A DNA stretch of 64,000 nt from an uncultured Bdellovibrio sp. (GCA_963932905.1 CAWVRN010000005.1:96001-160000), one strand, 5' to 3'. Positions 9,590 to 20,657 are shown, numbered from the stretch's first letter. Notes: a model not told the origin generated them from the sequence alone. Made by a program: numbers and translations.

Positions 9590-10582
9590 ATGGGAAGACA
9601 CACCTTAATTCAAGATATCGTTGGCCAAACTCCACTTCTTTATTTACCGAGTTTAAGTAAAAAATCAGGTTGTCATATATATGCCAAGGCCGAGTATTTA
9701 AACCCCGGAGGATCGGTTAAGGACCGCACGGCATTAGGCATTATTCGGGATGCTGAAAAACGAGGTGTACTGAAACCGGGAATGACCATCGTTGAAGGAA
9801 CAGCCGGGAATACGGGAATAGGCCTTGCGACAATTGCGGCTCAACGTGGGTACACCTGTTTAATGGTTTTACCTAATAATCAAAGCATTGAAAAATATCA
9901 AACTCTAGAAGCCTTGAATGTCGAGGTTAGAAAAGTTCCACCGTGCCCATTCGCGGATCAAAATCATTTCTATCATCAAGCACGACGAATTTCTGAAAGT
10001 GAGCCTGAAAAATATTTCTGGGCAAATCAGTTCGAGAATACGGCCAATTTTCAAATTCACTACGATACGACTGGCCCGGAAATTTGGAACCAGACCGACA
10101 AAAAAGTAGATATATTCTGCAGTTCCGTTGGAACGGGTGGAACACTGGCGGGGGTTTCTAAATATTTAAAAGAGATGAATCCTAATTGCCATATCGCTTT
10201 ATTAGATCCTATGGGATCGGGTCTGTTCGAGTATGTGAAAACTGGACAAATGAAATCAACCGGCAGTTCTGTGACCGAGGGTATCGGCATCATGCGTGTC
10301 ACTGAAAATTTTAAGCGAGCCAAAGTCGACGAGGCAATGCAGATCAGTGACGATCAGATGATCACGATGCTATACTATCTAGCCAAACACGAAGGTTTGT
10401 TAATAGGTACCTCCGCGGCCTTAAATGTTTATGGAGCGTATCAGCTGGCGCTAAAAAACAAAAACTCAGGTAAAAATATTGTTACTATTTTGTGCGATAG
10501 CGCCTTGAGATATCAATCTAAAGTATTTAACTCCGAGTGGCTTAAAGAAAAAAAACTGACTCCGTCCCAGAATCTTGATTAA
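9590..10582 (+). CDS. cysK: Cysteine synthase (PLP-dependent)
   Basis: KAEYLNPGGSVKDR, EGTAGNTG, GTGGT motifs. Confidence 0.9.
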   Translation: MGRHTLIQDIVGQTPLLYLPSLSKKSGCHIYAKAEYLNPGGSVKDRTALGIIRDAEKRGVLKPGMTIVEGTAGNTGIGLATIAAQRGYTCLMVLPNNQSIEKYQTLEALNVEVRKVPPCPFADQNHFYHQARRISESEPEKYFWANQFENTANFQIHYDTTGPEIWNQTDKKVDIFCSSVGTGGTLAGVSKYLKEMNPNCHIALLDPMGSGLFEYVKTGQMKSTGSSVTEGIGIMRVTENFKRAKVDEAMQISDDQMITMLYYLAKHEGLLIGTSAALNVYGAYQLALKNKNSGKNIVTILCDSALRYQSKVFNSEWLKEKKLTPSQNLD

Positions 10583-10656
10583 ATTTTAGAGCTAGGAGCC
10601 TAGTTTCTAAAATTTTGTAGAAAAGTTTTGGCTTCCTGGCGATTGAAGGAGGCTTT

Positions 10657-12603
10657 ATGACATCTCTGCCGACGATTCCCGTTAAACCCCATATCAAGCA
10701 AAAAACTGAAGTTAATTGGGACCAATACCAAAAAATGTACAGACAATCGATAGAAAATCCTGAAGAGTTTTGGGGAACACAAGCCGAGCGTCTAACCTGG
10801 TTTAAGAAATGGAATAAAGTTAAAAATACTTCGTTTAAAAAACCGGTCAGCATAAAATGGTTTGAAGGCGGTGAGCTGAATGTTTCTTTCAACTGCATCG
10901 ATCGCCACTTAGAAAAACACGGCGACAAAATTGCGTTCATCTGGGAACCCGACAATCCTAAAAACGAAGCCAAGAAAGTTACCTACAAACAACTATCCGT
11001 TCACGTAAATAAATTTGCTAACATTCTAAAACAACAAGGCATTAAAAAAGGCGATAGAGTGACGATCTACATGCCGATGATTTTAGAAACCGTATACGCC
11101 ATGTTAGCGTGTACTCGTATCGGAGCGATTCATTCGGTCGTATTTGGTGGTTTTGCTCCGGAATCTATCGTCGATCGTATCAACAATGCGGAATCTAAAT
11201 TCGTTATCACGGCCGATGAAGGTTATCGGGGTGGTAAAACGATTCCGCTGAAAGCAAATTTAGATCAAGCACTTGAGAAGGTTAAGATCGTCGAGAAAGT
11301 AATCGTGGTAAAACATTCGGGCAATACAGTTAATATGAAAGCTGGCCGTGATGTTTGGTATCACGAACAACTGCCGAATGTACAAGATTTATGTGAGCCT
11401 GTGAAAATGTCTGCGGAAGATCCAATGTTTTTGTTATACACTTCTGGATCAACTGGAAAACCAAAAGGTGTTATGCATACAACGGGCGGATACTTGCTGT
11501 ATGCATCGATGACTCACAAATATGTTTTTGATATTCAAGACACCGATGTTTATTGGTGTACGGCCGATGTAGGCTGGGTCACGGGTCATTCCTATATTGT
11601 GTACGGACCGCTATGTAATGGAACAACCAGCGTGATATTCGAAGGTGTTCCAAATTTTCCAAATTCGTCACGTCTATGGGACGTCGTAGATAAATATAAA
11701 GTGTCTGTATTTTATACTGCGCCAACGGCATTGCGTGCATTGATGAAAGAAGGCGAAGCGCCAGTCAAGGCAACATCACGCAAGTCATTGCGTGTGCTTG
11801 GTAGCGTGGGCGAGCCCATTAATCCCGAGGCTTGGATGTGGTACTACACTGTAGTCGGTGATGAACGTTGCCCGATCGTAGATACTTGGTGGCAAACAGA
11901 AACGGGCGGCATTATGATTTCTCCGCTTCCGGGTGCGACACCATTGAAACCAGGATCGGCAACATTACCTTTCTTTGGTGTGCAACCCAAACTTCTAACT
12001 CCCGAAGGGGCGGAACTTAAGGGTGAAGCCGAAGGTGTGTTAGTATTAACTGATTCGTGGCCAGGCCAGATGCGAACCGTTTATCAAGATCATGCACGTT
12101 TTGAAGAGACCTATTTTTCAACATACGCTGGATACTATTTCACGGGCGATGGTTGCCGCCGTGATGCTGATGGGTACTATTGGATAACAGGTCGAGTGGA
12201 CGACGTATTGAATGTTTCGGGACACCGGTTAGGAACAGCCGAAATTGAAAGTGCCTTAGTGGCAAATCAAAAAGTGGCTGAGGCCGCAGTCGTTGGTTAC
12301 CCACACGACATCAAAGGCCAAGGCATTTATGCCTACGTCACCCTGAAAGTAGGGGTTGTGGCATCGGATGAACTTAAGAAGGAACTCGTGCAGTGGGTTC
12401 GTAAAGAAATCGGGCCTATTGCAACACCGGATATTTTGCAATGGGCACCGGGGTTACCAAAAACTCGGTCTGGCAAGATCATGCGCCGTATTTTACGTAA
12501 AATCGCCGAGAACAAAACGGGTGAACTGGGAGATACTTCGACCTTGGCTGACCCATCGGTGGTTGATGATCTGGTAAAAAATCGTCAAAACCTAAAATCG
12601 TAA
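10657..12603 (+). CDS. acs: Acetyl-CoA synthetase
   Basis: [32 protein letters not shown]. Confidence 0.97.
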   Translation: MTSLPTIPVKPHIKQKTEVNWDQYQKMYRQSIENPEEFWGTQAERLTWFKKWNKVKNTSFKKPVSIKWFEGGELNVSFNCIDRHLEKHGDKIAFIWEPDNPKNEAKKVTYKQLSVHVNKFANILKQQGIKKGDRVTIYMPMILETVYAMLACTRIGAIHSVVFGGFAPESIVDRINNAESKFVITADEGYRGGKTIPLKANLDQALEKVKIVEKVIVVKHSGNTVNMKAGRDVWYHEQLPNVQDLCEPVKMSAEDPMFLLYTSGSTGKPKGVMHTTGGYLLYASMTHKYVFDIQDTDVYWCTADVGWVTGHSYIVYGPLCNGTTSVIFEGVPNFPNSSRLWDVVDKYKVSVFYTAPTALRALMKEGEAPVKATSRKSLRVLGSVGEPINPEAWMWYYTVVGDERCPIVDTWWQTETGGIMISPLPGATPLKPGSATLPFFGVQPKLLTPEGAELKGEAEGVLVLTDSWPGQMRTVYQDHARFEETYFSTYAGYYFTGDGCRRDADGYYWITGRVDDVLNVSGHRLGTAEIESALVANQKVAEAAVVGYPHDIKGQGIYAYVTLKVGVVASDELKKELVQWVRKEIGPIATPDILQWAPGLPKTRSGKIMRRILRKIAENKTGELGDTSTLADPSVVDDLVKNRQNLKS

Positions 12604-12706
12604 GCGGTATAAGAGTGCATCGGGGGCAGCAAGAGGCTTTATCGCTTTTTGGCTGTACTCTGATTTGTGCCTGTAGTATTTAAAAATCATCGAGCAGGGA
12701 GTATAT

Positions 12707-13255
12707 ATGAAATCAATGAAAACAGGATCTGAAATTCTATTTGTATTATTCATGGTGGTTTTAGGTGTAGTTAGCCGGATGATGCCACATCCTTGGAATT
12801 TCACTGCGATTGGTTCAATGGCTTTATTTTCTGGATTTTCGATGAAATCAAACAAGTACCTAATGATTGTTCCTTTTGTTTGTTTAGTGATTTCTGATTC
12901 TTTGATTGGTTTTTATGATGGTATGATCTACACCTACATTGGTTTTGCTGTCGGTATGTTGCTATCGGTAGCCTACTTCCGCAAGCAAGATACTTTTTCA
13001 TTCGGTGGCCGAGTGATGACATTGGCTGGTTTGTCTGTAGTTTCTAGTTTTTTGTTTTTTCTAATCACTAACTTTGGGGTTTGGAAAGGCGCTACGTTTT
13101 ACACTCAAGACCTATCTGGTTTAATAACTTGTTATGTGGCTGGTTTGCCGTTCCTATTTAATCAAATTGCGGGTGATTTATTCTATGCAGCTATTGTGTT
13201 CGGTCTATATGAATACTTAACGGCACCAAGCAAAAATGCGCGCGTAGTTGCTTAG
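12707..13255 (+). CDS. Membrane protein, DUF6580-like putative transporter substrate component
   Basis: SRMMPHPWNFTAIG, FFLITNFGVW, CYVAGLPF motifs; multiple TM segments. Confidence 0.75.
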   Translation: MKSMKTGSEILFVLFMVVLGVVSRMMPHPWNFTAIGSMALFSGFSMKSNKYLMIVPFVCLVISDSLIGFYDGMIYTYIGFAVGMLLSVAYFRKQDTFSFGGRVMTLAGLSVVSSFLFFLITNFGVWKGATFYTQDLSGLITCYVAGLPFLFNQIAGDLFYAAIVFGLYEYLTAPSKNARVVA

Positions 13256-13259
13256 TTAG

Positions 13260-13778
13260 TTATTTAGCAGGTTTGATTTTTTTATTCATTTCCGCAACAC
13301 GTTCTATTTGTAGCGTCTTGAATTTTTCTAATTTAGTGCGAACAGAAGAGTCTGAGTTTGCTATGATAGAAACGGCCAAGATACCCGCGTTGTAGGCATT
13401 GTCGATGGCTACGGTCGCAACAGGAACACCTTTTGGCATTTGCACAATAGAAAGTAGTGAATCCATACCTTGCAGATTCTTTTGGCTAATAGGAACACCG
13501 ATGACTGGCAATGTGGTGAGCGACGCCATCATTCCAGGCAGGTGAGCAGCACCCCCGGCGCCCGCAATAATAGCTTGGTAACCAGTCTCAACCGCAGACA
13601 CAGCAAATTCATACATTTTTTTAGGCGTACGGTGAGCCGAGACAACTTCTAAGTGAAATGAAATTCCAAATTCCTTTAAGGCATCGGCGGCCTCGTTCAT
13701 GACCTTAAGATCACTCTCACTGCCCATCACTATAGCGACACGTTTTGGTCCAGACGATGCGGATTTGGTTTTTTTCAT
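13260..13778 (-). CDS. purE: N5-CAIR mutase
   Basis: [35 protein letters not shown]. Confidence 0.97.
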   Translation of the reverse strand: MKKTKSASSGPKRVAIVMGSESDLKVMNEAADALKEFGISFHLEVVSAHRTPKKMYEFAVSAVETGYQAIIAGAGGAAHLPGMMASLTTLPVIGVPISQKNLQGMDSLLSIVQMPKGVPVATVAIDNAYNAGILAVSIIANSDSSVRTKLEKFKTLQIERVAEMNKKIKPAK

Positions 13779-13787
13779 TTTAATCTC

Positions 13788-14933
13788 CTAGAGCTTAAAG
13801 CGCTTTCGTTCGATTTGAGCTAGTTTCAATAAGTTTTTGGATGTCATAACATTGGATGTGTAATTGATATGGCCCAACTTGCGCCCACTTCGGTTTTGAC
13901 TTTTGCCATACCAATAAAGTGTTCCCGATAAATTTTTAGGAACAATAACAGGTTCTTCATTTGTTCCTACTAAATTTACCATACAGAATTGTTTTGAGCG
14001 TGGTGTAACGGGAACAGATAAATCCCAGTTCAGCACTGATTTTAAGTGAAGTGTGAATTGGTCTTGAGACAAAGCATCCAGAGTGTAGTGAGCCGAGTTG
14101 TGAACACGAGGAGCCGTTTCATTAACTATTAATTCATTTCCATCTACGAAAAATTCAAATGTTAAGGCACCGACATAATCGATTTTTTTCATTAGTGAGT
14201 TTATTTTTAATTTCATTTTATTAAAACCCGAATGCCGAATCGGACCATAAACGTAATCGCACTTGCTTTGGCTCTGTTTAGAAAACACTAATGGGGTATG
14301 TGTTGTTTGTCCCTTTTCATTTCGAAAGAAAGTTACCGCACATTCGTATTCGAAAGATATAAATGCTTCGGCGATAAAACCGATTTTAAAATCAGTGATG
14401 GTCGCAACTAATTTTTGATGTTCCTTTTTGTTTTTAACGATGAACGTGCCGTAGCCATCATAGCCTCCAAAGCGCTTTTTCAAAACGTATTTGAATTTAA
14501 AAAAGTCGCCGGCATGTTCAAGCTCTTTAGTATCGGATACTTTTACAAATGGCGAGGTTTCGACAAAATGGCTTTCAAACAGGGATTTTTGTAGGAAACG
14601 ATCTTGGAATGTTTTGATCTGGCTTAAATTTGGAAAAATTTGCAAGGTCTTTGGGGCTACATCCTGGATCAAAATAACATCTGCGAATTCACTTTCAAAT
14701 GTGAGCACAGATATGTTTTTTAGAAACTCGGCAAGGTCATTTGAGTTATTGGGGCTGCCTTTAACCCAATGATTTGTAACTTGGGCCGCAGGGTCGTTTT
14801 TGTTTTCTGATAGAACCCATACGTCGATACCTAAATTTTGGCCTTTTTCGACCAAATAGCGTGCTAACTGTCCACCACCAAGGATACCGACAGAAGTGGG
14901 AGTTTTAATTGCGCTTGATGTCTTTACAGGCAT
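13788..14933 (-). CDS. purK: N5-CAIR synthase (ATP-grasp)
   Basis: GILGGGQL, GGYDGYG, NETAPRVHNSAH, RKLGH; adjacent to purE. Confidence 0.95.
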   Translation of the reverse strand: MPVKTSSAIKTPTSVGILGGGQLARYLVEKGQNLGIDVWVLSENKNDPAAQVTNHWVKGSPNNSNDLAEFLKNISVLTFESEFADVILIQDVAPKTLQIFPNLSQIKTFQDRFLQKSLFESHFVETSPFVKVSDTKELEHAGDFFKFKYVLKKRFGGYDGYGTFIVKNKKEHQKLVATITDFKIGFIAEAFISFEYECAVTFFRNEKGQTTHTPLVFSKQSQSKCDYVYGPIRHSGFNKMKLKINSLMKKIDYVGALTFEFFVDGNELIVNETAPRVHNSAHYTLDALSQDQFTLHLKSVLNWDLSVPVTPRSKQFCMVNLVGTNEEPVIVPKNLSGTLYWYGKSQNRSGRKLGHINYTSNVMTSKNLLKLAQIERKRFKL

Positions 14934-15008
14934 GCACTAAATATACATGGAGCCTGCCAAATTTCAAGTTTATGTAGTTGTCAGAGCCAGATTAATCTTG
15001 GGGTAATT

Positions 15009-16034
15009 GTGAATCAAGTCGACTGGAAACTAGTTAATTTTCCGCTGTGCCTGGCGCCGATGGTTGGCTTAAGTCACATCGTTCTGCGGGAAATAATTCA
15101 GAGTTATATGCCGACTGGTGCATTAACTCTGTGGCCTTCGGAAATGCTGAACTCACGTCGAGTTCCTGGCGAAAACCTAGCCACAACTCCAGAGACAATG
15201 AAGCTAGAAAATGAAACATTTTTTGTGCCTCAAATTTTGGGTAACGAACAAAAACCAATCGAAGAGACGATCAGAAAATTAAAAGCGTGGGGGGCACACG
15301 GAATTGATATCAATATGGGTTGCCCAGTTCAAAAAGCACTTAAGCATAATTACGGTGTCGCATTGATGGGTGATATTGATTATGCCGCCAATGTTGTGAA
15401 TATGGCGGCCTCAAGTAGCTCTTTGCCTGTTTCGGTAAAACTGCGTGCGGTTGAAAGTCAGCAAAGTGGGCAAGACCTTGTTACATTTGTTTCGCGGTTA
15501 ATAGATGCCGGCGCCAGTTGGATTTGTTTACATCCTCGAGTTCCCTCTCAACAGCGCCGCGGAAGCGCGGATTGGGCGCAGATCAAGCTATTGAAACAAT
15601 CGGTATCGGTTCCTATCGTTGGAAATGGGGATGTCCAAACCGCGGCGGATGTTTGGCGTATGAAAGAGGAAACGGGTTGTGACATGGTAATGGCTGGACG
15701 TGCACTTGCGGCGCGTCCGTGGATGGTTGCTCAGATTGCCCAAGATATGGGGTATGATATTGGCTACGTCGCTCGCACGAGTGAAGAAGAAGCCACCGAG
15801 TACGGTTTGTGTTTATTAAAATATATTCAACTATCAAGAAAGTATTTTGGAAATAATTTAGCGCTTAGAAAAGTGAATTTTTATCTGCGAACAACAACGC
15901 CTTGGCTAGAGTTCGGTCATTCTTTGATCGGTATTGGGCAGAAAGCTAAATCTACCGAAGAGCTAGAGTTGGCCGTAGTAGATTTTTTTAGATACGGCCA
16001 TCGCATGAGTTCATATACGGAACTACGTCAGTAA
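15009..16034 (+). CDS. tRNA-dihydrouridine synthase family protein
   Basis: LAPMVG, DINMGCP, SVKLR, GNGDV, MAGR motifs. Confidence 0.9.
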   Translation: MNQVDWKLVNFPLCLAPMVGLSHIVLREIIQSYMPTGALTLWPSEMLNSRRVPGENLATTPETMKLENETFFVPQILGNEQKPIEETIRKLKAWGAHGIDINMGCPVQKALKHNYGVALMGDIDYAANVVNMAASSSSLPVSVKLRAVESQQSGQDLVTFVSRLIDAGASWICLHPRVPSQQRRGSADWAQIKLLKQSVSVPIVGNGDVQTAADVWRMKEETGCDMVMAGRALAARPWMVAQIAQDMGYDIGYVARTSEEEATEYGLCLLKYIQLSRKYFGNNLALRKVNFYLRTTTPWLEFGHSLIGIGQKAKSTEELELAVVDFFRYGHRMSSYTELRQ

Positions 16035-16037
16035 AAA

Positions 16038-16301
16038 CTATTTAGCCAGCATGGGGTCAAGTTTGTTGTCGTTCTCAAGGGCAACTAAATCCGTGTAACC
16101 ACCAACAAGTTCGTTATTGATAAGAATGATTGGCATGGTAGCCCAGCCAGTTTCGGCTTTCATACGGTCCATTTCAGGTTGATTACCAGTCAGGTCGACC
16201 TCTTCAAATGGAATATCTCGGGCATTTAGAAAATTAATGGCGCGGGTGCAGAAGGGACAAGGGTCTTTGGTGTAGATGACTACTTTTGCATTTGTTTTCA
16301 T
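16038..16301 (-). CDS. grxC: Glutaredoxin 3
   Basis: CPFC active site, TMP, GGYTDL. Confidence 0.85.
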   Translation of the reverse strand: MKTNAKVVIYTKDPCPFCTRAINFLNARDIPFEEVDLTGNQPEMDRMKAETGWATMPIILINNELVGGYTDLVALENDNKLDPMLAK

Positions 16302-16380
16302 AGGTTAAGTATAGCTTAGTTTTCGGCATAAGAACAGAAATGATGTTGAACAACATCGGCCTAAGACCAAATATATTGGT

Positions 16381-17283
16381 TTAAAGACGAAATGACTGAA
16401 ATTGAGAAAGTTCATCGATCAAAGAAAGGAAGCGGTTATCCAGCATCATAATTTTCAGAAAGTCGATTTTGCCTAATGATTCTGGAGATACGTTCATGCC
16501 ATAAAGGCGTAAATAGAATGTTGTTGTGACCCAGCGAAAACGAGGATTGAGTTCAAAGGCGATTTTAGAAACCGAGCGCATCATTTTTTGAACAGAGATC
16601 GGATGTTGATAAAGCTCAAGCATTTTCAGAAGCTGAGCAAAATCCGAATCTTTGATTTTTTCGTGTAAGAAATTTGAAAATAGGTAGCTGCCAATAAGAA
16701 ACTTAATTGCGGAAGATTGGCCAATTTCAGCAACTAGTCGTTTTAATTGTGAACGATCGTTATACATGAAAATATAAGAATTTAATTCGTAAAATATACG
16801 ATGAGCCATATCTTCGGCATCAACGATTCCAAGTAATTCGCATGTGTTTGAAAATGATTCTTCTACAAGTAACCGTAAGATGGCACTGTCCGAATCAGTT
16901 TCGTCTTTGAAAATAGTGTTTGAAATCGATCTGGAAATAGCATGGCAAGACTCATGAAACACATGGTTTTGTTTTAGGTTGTCGGTGACGTCGTCCCACG
17001 TCGTGATGTTTTTAATTTGAGCTTCGATGTCCACTAACACATTTACATTATCGACATAAGGAACGGTTTTGTTCTTGAGAACGATTTCCAGTTGACTGAG
17101 GGGAAGCGCCAAATACTTCGAATCAACCTGGTCGGTGTACTTAAAATCTAATTGGGTAGCCATAGTACGAACAGCGCGATATAAAGAATTATTCTTTAGT
17201 AAGAACCCATCGCCCAAGTTTTTAGGCAGACTTAAATCTGTTTGATTTTGTTGGTGTAATTCAAGGAGTCGAGCTATTTTCAT
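16381..17283 (-). CDS. Hypothetical protein with HExxH motif (possible zincin-like metalloprotein)
   Basis: VFHESCHA followed about 22 aa later by VEESFSN; start probably ATG 17283 (ORF track 17370). Confidence 0.6.
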   Translation of the reverse strand: MKIARLLELHQQNQTDLSLPKNLGDGFLLKNNSLYRAVRTMATQLDFKYTDQVDSKYLALPLSQLEIVLKNKTVPYVDNVNVLVDIEAQIKNITTWDDVTDNLKQNHVFHESCHAISRSISNTIFKDETDSDSAILRLLVEESFSNTCELLGIVDAEDMAHRIFYELNSYIFMYNDRSQLKRLVAEIGQSSAIKFLIGSYLFSNFLHEKIKDSDFAQLLKMLELYQHPISVQKMMRSVSKIAFELNPRFRWVTTTFYLRLYGMNVSPESLGKIDFLKIMMLDNRFLSLIDELSQFQSFRL

Positions 17284-17421
17284 GACCCTTAACAGGTATC
17301 CAGGATCAGGTCTAACAGCAAGTTCTAAGATAATATTAGAGAATTTACAGGTCCAAAACAAACGGACCATGGTGTTTTTGTGGTTTTTATATTATAGTCG
17401 GCTTGATTTCGGAGACTACTG

Positions 17422-18198
17422 TTGAAGTTCAAATACATTGTTCCACCACTCTATGAACGTTTTTTTCCAAAAGTTTTTTGGTCGTCGTCACTTGCCGAAA
17501 CTAAAGCGACTTGTCATCAGTGTATTCAGGCACCTAAAAAATATGATCACGATTTGAAGTGTTGTACCTTTTGGCCGTTTATTCCAAATTATGTGGTCGG
17601 CCAAATTTTGTTAAGTACTGAAGAGAAATACAAAGAAGCGAAAGCATTGATTCAAAGTCATATCGAGCAACGTCGTTGGAATTTGCCGATCGGATTAGTG
17701 GCACCTGCAGACTATCAGGTCGATTTCAAAAAAAATAAGAAAAAAATATTTGGACGTGATGAATCTTTCTTGTGTCCGTATTATTCTCGTAAAAATAATA
17801 ACTGCAGTTTATGGTTGTATCGTGGCAGCGTGTGTACGAGTTTCTTTTGTGAATCTAGCTATGGGAAATCAGGTAGCCAGTTCTGGCATCAGTTTGAAAA
17901 CTATTTTAGCTATTTGGAAATGGGTATGTCGCAAGAAGTTTTAGCTTATAAGGACTATTCACCACGCGATGTGAACGAACAGCTGGAATTTCTAATGGCC
18001 GAGAAGAAAATTAAATTGGGTTTGCCAAAGTATAAAAAGATTTGGAAACACTTTTACGGAAACGAACAGGATTTCTATATTCAATCCGCTCGATTTGTAA
18101 ACCAAATGCCAGACACCCAAGTTGCCGAAATTTTAGGCGAGACTGGTATTGAGATTCGAAAACAAATGGTTACCGCATTCAAGCAGGCAAAAGCCTAA
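17422..18198 (+). CDS. Cys-cluster protein, YkgJ/CxxCxxCC-like (Zn or Fe-S binding)
   Basis: CHQC...KCC...CPYY...NCSLW...RGSVCTSFFC pattern. Confidence 0.7.
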   Translation: MKFKYIVPPLYERFFPKVFWSSSLAETKATCHQCIQAPKKYDHDLKCCTFWPFIPNYVVGQILLSTEEKYKEAKALIQSHIEQRRWNLPIGLVAPADYQVDFKKNKKKIFGRDESFLCPYYSRKNNNCSLWLYRGSVCTSFFCESSYGKSGSQFWHQFENYFSYLEMGMSQEVLAYKDYSPRDVNEQLEFLMAEKKIKLGLPKYKKIWKHFYGNEQDFYIQSARFVNQMPDTQVAEILGETGIEIRKQMVTAFKQAKA

Positions 18199-18200
18199 AT

Positions 18201-18662
18201 TTATTTGACCAGATTTTTTTTGATCCATTCAAAATCAGTTTTCGTTACGGGTTGAATACTTAGGCGTTGTCCACGTTTCAATACAAGTAGTTCGCTGAGC
18301 TCTTTTGTTGATTTCAATTTTTCTAACGTAATTATCTCGTTAAATTTTTTCTCAAAACCGACTTCTACGCAGTACCAGATAGGCTTTTCTTTGGTCGCCT
18401 TGCTGTCAAAATATTTTGATTTCTTGTCGAACTGAGAAGGGTCGGGTTGTTTCTCTTTCGTTATAACAGCCAGACCGGCAATACCAGGTGGTTCGCAACT
18501 AGAATGATAAAATAGAACTTCATCGCCTTCTTTCATGTCGTTCATCATAAAATTGCGGGCTTGATAGTTGCGAACGCCTTCCCAAAGGGTAGTCTTGTCC
18601 TTTTTTAGATGATCAATAGAAAATACATCGGGTTCCGATTTCATAAGCCAAAAGTTTTTCAT
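18201..18662 (-). CDS. EVE domain protein
   Basis: WLMKSEP, WEGVRNYQARN, FYHS, RLSIQPV. Confidence 0.93.
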   Translation of the reverse strand: MKNFWLMKSEPDVFSIDHLKKDKTTLWEGVRNYQARNFMMNDMKEGDEVLFYHSSCEPPGIAGLAVITKEKQPDPSQFDKKSKYFDSKATKEKPIWYCVEVGFEKKFNEIITLEKLKSTKELSELLVLKRGQRLSIQPVTKTDFEWIKKNLVK

Positions 18663-18751
18663 AGTAAGTACTATATATAACCGCAGCTATTCAAAAGTCG
18701 AGGTAATAGTTAAACAACTGTTTTTACAAACTCTTGTGGTAACATTGACCC

Positions 18752-20656
18752 ATGGATATATTTGCGTTTGTGCTGGAAGATGAAGAGAAGTTTCAAAGAC
18801 AAATCTTCCAAGCTCTAAGAAAAATTAATCCGAAACTTAAAATTCGTTTTTTCAACAATCTCGAAGATTTTTCAGCCTGGATTGCCCAATTTATTAAAGA
18901 AGGAGTATCCGTAGTTGAAACAGCGGGGTTTCGTTTTTCCGAAGATAATGAAATAGAATCTGTTAGTCCTGAAAAAACCATACGACTGCTCATGTGCAAA
19001 TCGGAAAATCTAGGCAGTCATTCTATTTCATTAATTGGCAAAACGGTTGATTTATTTTTACGCAAAAATTTATGTACGGCAGAAGAAAAAACCTCAGTGG
19101 TCATGACGGCATTTGATCATGAAGACTTTGATTTAAAGAAACTGGAAGCCAGCTTTGTTAACAATATTATTTTCAAACCGTTTGATTCCCTAATTTTGGA
19201 AGAACACACTCGGTATGCGTTGGTAGGACGTAAAAAACCCAATGATGAAAACTTCAAAAGTACTAAATTGGAAGCTCAAGTTGAAATGGTTAAAGACATT
19301 CCCTGCGAGGGATTTTCCGATTTGGGATTTATCACCATTAGTGATCGCGAAGTTGAGGTAGGATCTGTTTCGAAATTCTATTCAAGCGAATTTGCGTCGG
19401 ATAGTATCAAGAGCGTTATGGCCCGCTGCGTGAAATCGATTCCAAGAACAGGCAAAGACCAAACTGGATTTTTATGTTGGATGGAATATTTTGCTTTGGA
19501 TCCCGGACAAATTAAAAAATTCCGTAAAGATCTGATAAATGAGTTCCCAACTAGTATCATGGATTCTAGGATTAACGAATTTAAGAAAAATATTCTAATT
19601 TTAGATTCATTAGGTGATCAAGAATTACCGTCGTCTTTAAAACGCTATTTTCCAAAGAGTGCGACATTTCACTATAGTAATTGGGATCGGTTCGTTTTTG
19701 ATTCGTCTCCCGAAGCCTCTGGGTTGTTAGTTGAGAAGGACGTTCCTATCCCGCATGGTTATAAACTGACTTTAGATGGAACCGGTCATTATATTGTCGA
19801 TCAAGATCCTAAAAGCGAAACTGATTTGGTTTTTGGTGAAGTTTACACGGAATTAAAAAAGAAAGACTTCCAAACCTTATTAACTGCGGATGGCAAGAAA
19901 GAATGGAGCGAAGTATTTAACGCGAAACAAGTTACACCGGGACGCGAACCTTTGATAGTGATAAACAATTTGGGCAAGATATTCATCGCCCGATTGACGC
20001 AATTTAGGCGTACTCAGAATGCCGCCAATATGTCCGTGATTGAACTCATGTTTTCGGAATCTACAATGGCAGAAAAAGTGGCCTATCTAAAAAGTAAAAG
20101 CCCAATTCCACGTGACATCGATATGGTTATCGCATCTATAGATACGATGCCGAAAATTATTGAAGGCAACTTATACCCAAATGCAAAGCGCATACTAACC
20201 GTGACTGATCAGATATCTGATAAAGATAAACGATACTGGGCGCCACTAGTTTTTGATGTGTTCGAGTCGCCTGCGGACAGAAATTATTTGGTGAAACGAA
20301 TATACCTGGCGTTCATGGAGAAATTTACGTGGACAGTAAATCATTTCAACAAAGCCAAAACCGAAATTCAATCGGCACAACAGATTCAAATTGATGAAAT
20401 TTCAGAGGCAGGTTTGGTTTTTAAATATCATCGAGCATTGGAAATCGGTTCGTTTCGAAGATTTTACCTTTGGACACCAAACGAGGTAGAATTAAGGGAT
20501 TATCACGCCAACTGCAACTATCACGAGGAAGTGAAGGACGGCAAGAATACCGTCTACAATCATCACTTTGTTTTCTTTGCTATGAAAGACTTTTATTTAA
20601 AAAATATTCGGCTTTGGGTTCGAGAAAACTATATCCAAAGTAAATCTAAAGAATAA
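18752..20656 (+). CDS. Signalling protein with duplicated degenerate receiver and PilZ-like modules
   Basis: N-terminal FVLEDE...MTA...FKPF; two xxSxxG motifs (EGFSDLG, DEISEAG) in similar contexts. Confidence 0.6.
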   Translation: MDIFAFVLEDEEKFQRQIFQALRKINPKLKIRFFNNLEDFSAWIAQFIKEGVSVVETAGFRFSEDNEIESVSPEKTIRLLMCKSENLGSHSISLIGKTVDLFLRKNLCTAEEKTSVVMTAFDHEDFDLKKLEASFVNNIIFKPFDSLILEEHTRYALVGRKKPNDENFKSTKLEAQVEMVKDIPCEGFSDLGFITISDREVEVGSVSKFYSSEFASDSIKSVMARCVKSIPRTGKDQTGFLCWMEYFALDPGQIKKFRKDLINEFPTSIMDSRINEFKKNILILDSLGDQELPSSLKRYFPKSATFHYSNWDRFVFDSSPEASGLLVEKDVPIPHGYKLTLDGTGHYIVDQDPKSETDLVFGEVYTELKKKDFQTLLTADGKKEWSEVFNAKQVTPGREPLIVINNLGKIFIARLTQFRRTQNAANMSVIELMFSESTMAEKVAYLKSKSPIPRDIDMVIASIDTMPKIIEGNLYPNAKRILTVTDQISDKDKRYWAPLVFDVFESPADRNYLVKRIYLAFMEKFTWTVNHFNKAKTEIQSAQQIQIDEISEAGLVFKYHRALEIGSFRRFYLWTPNEVELRDYHANCNYHEEVKDGKNTVYNHHFVFFAMKDFYLKNIRLWVRENYIQSKSKE

Positions 20657-20657
20657 T

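Noticed and set aside
12604..12706. Possible cobalamin or other riboswitch before the DUF6580-like gene
   Set aside because: The spacer is only about 100 nt and has no recognisable aptamer motif
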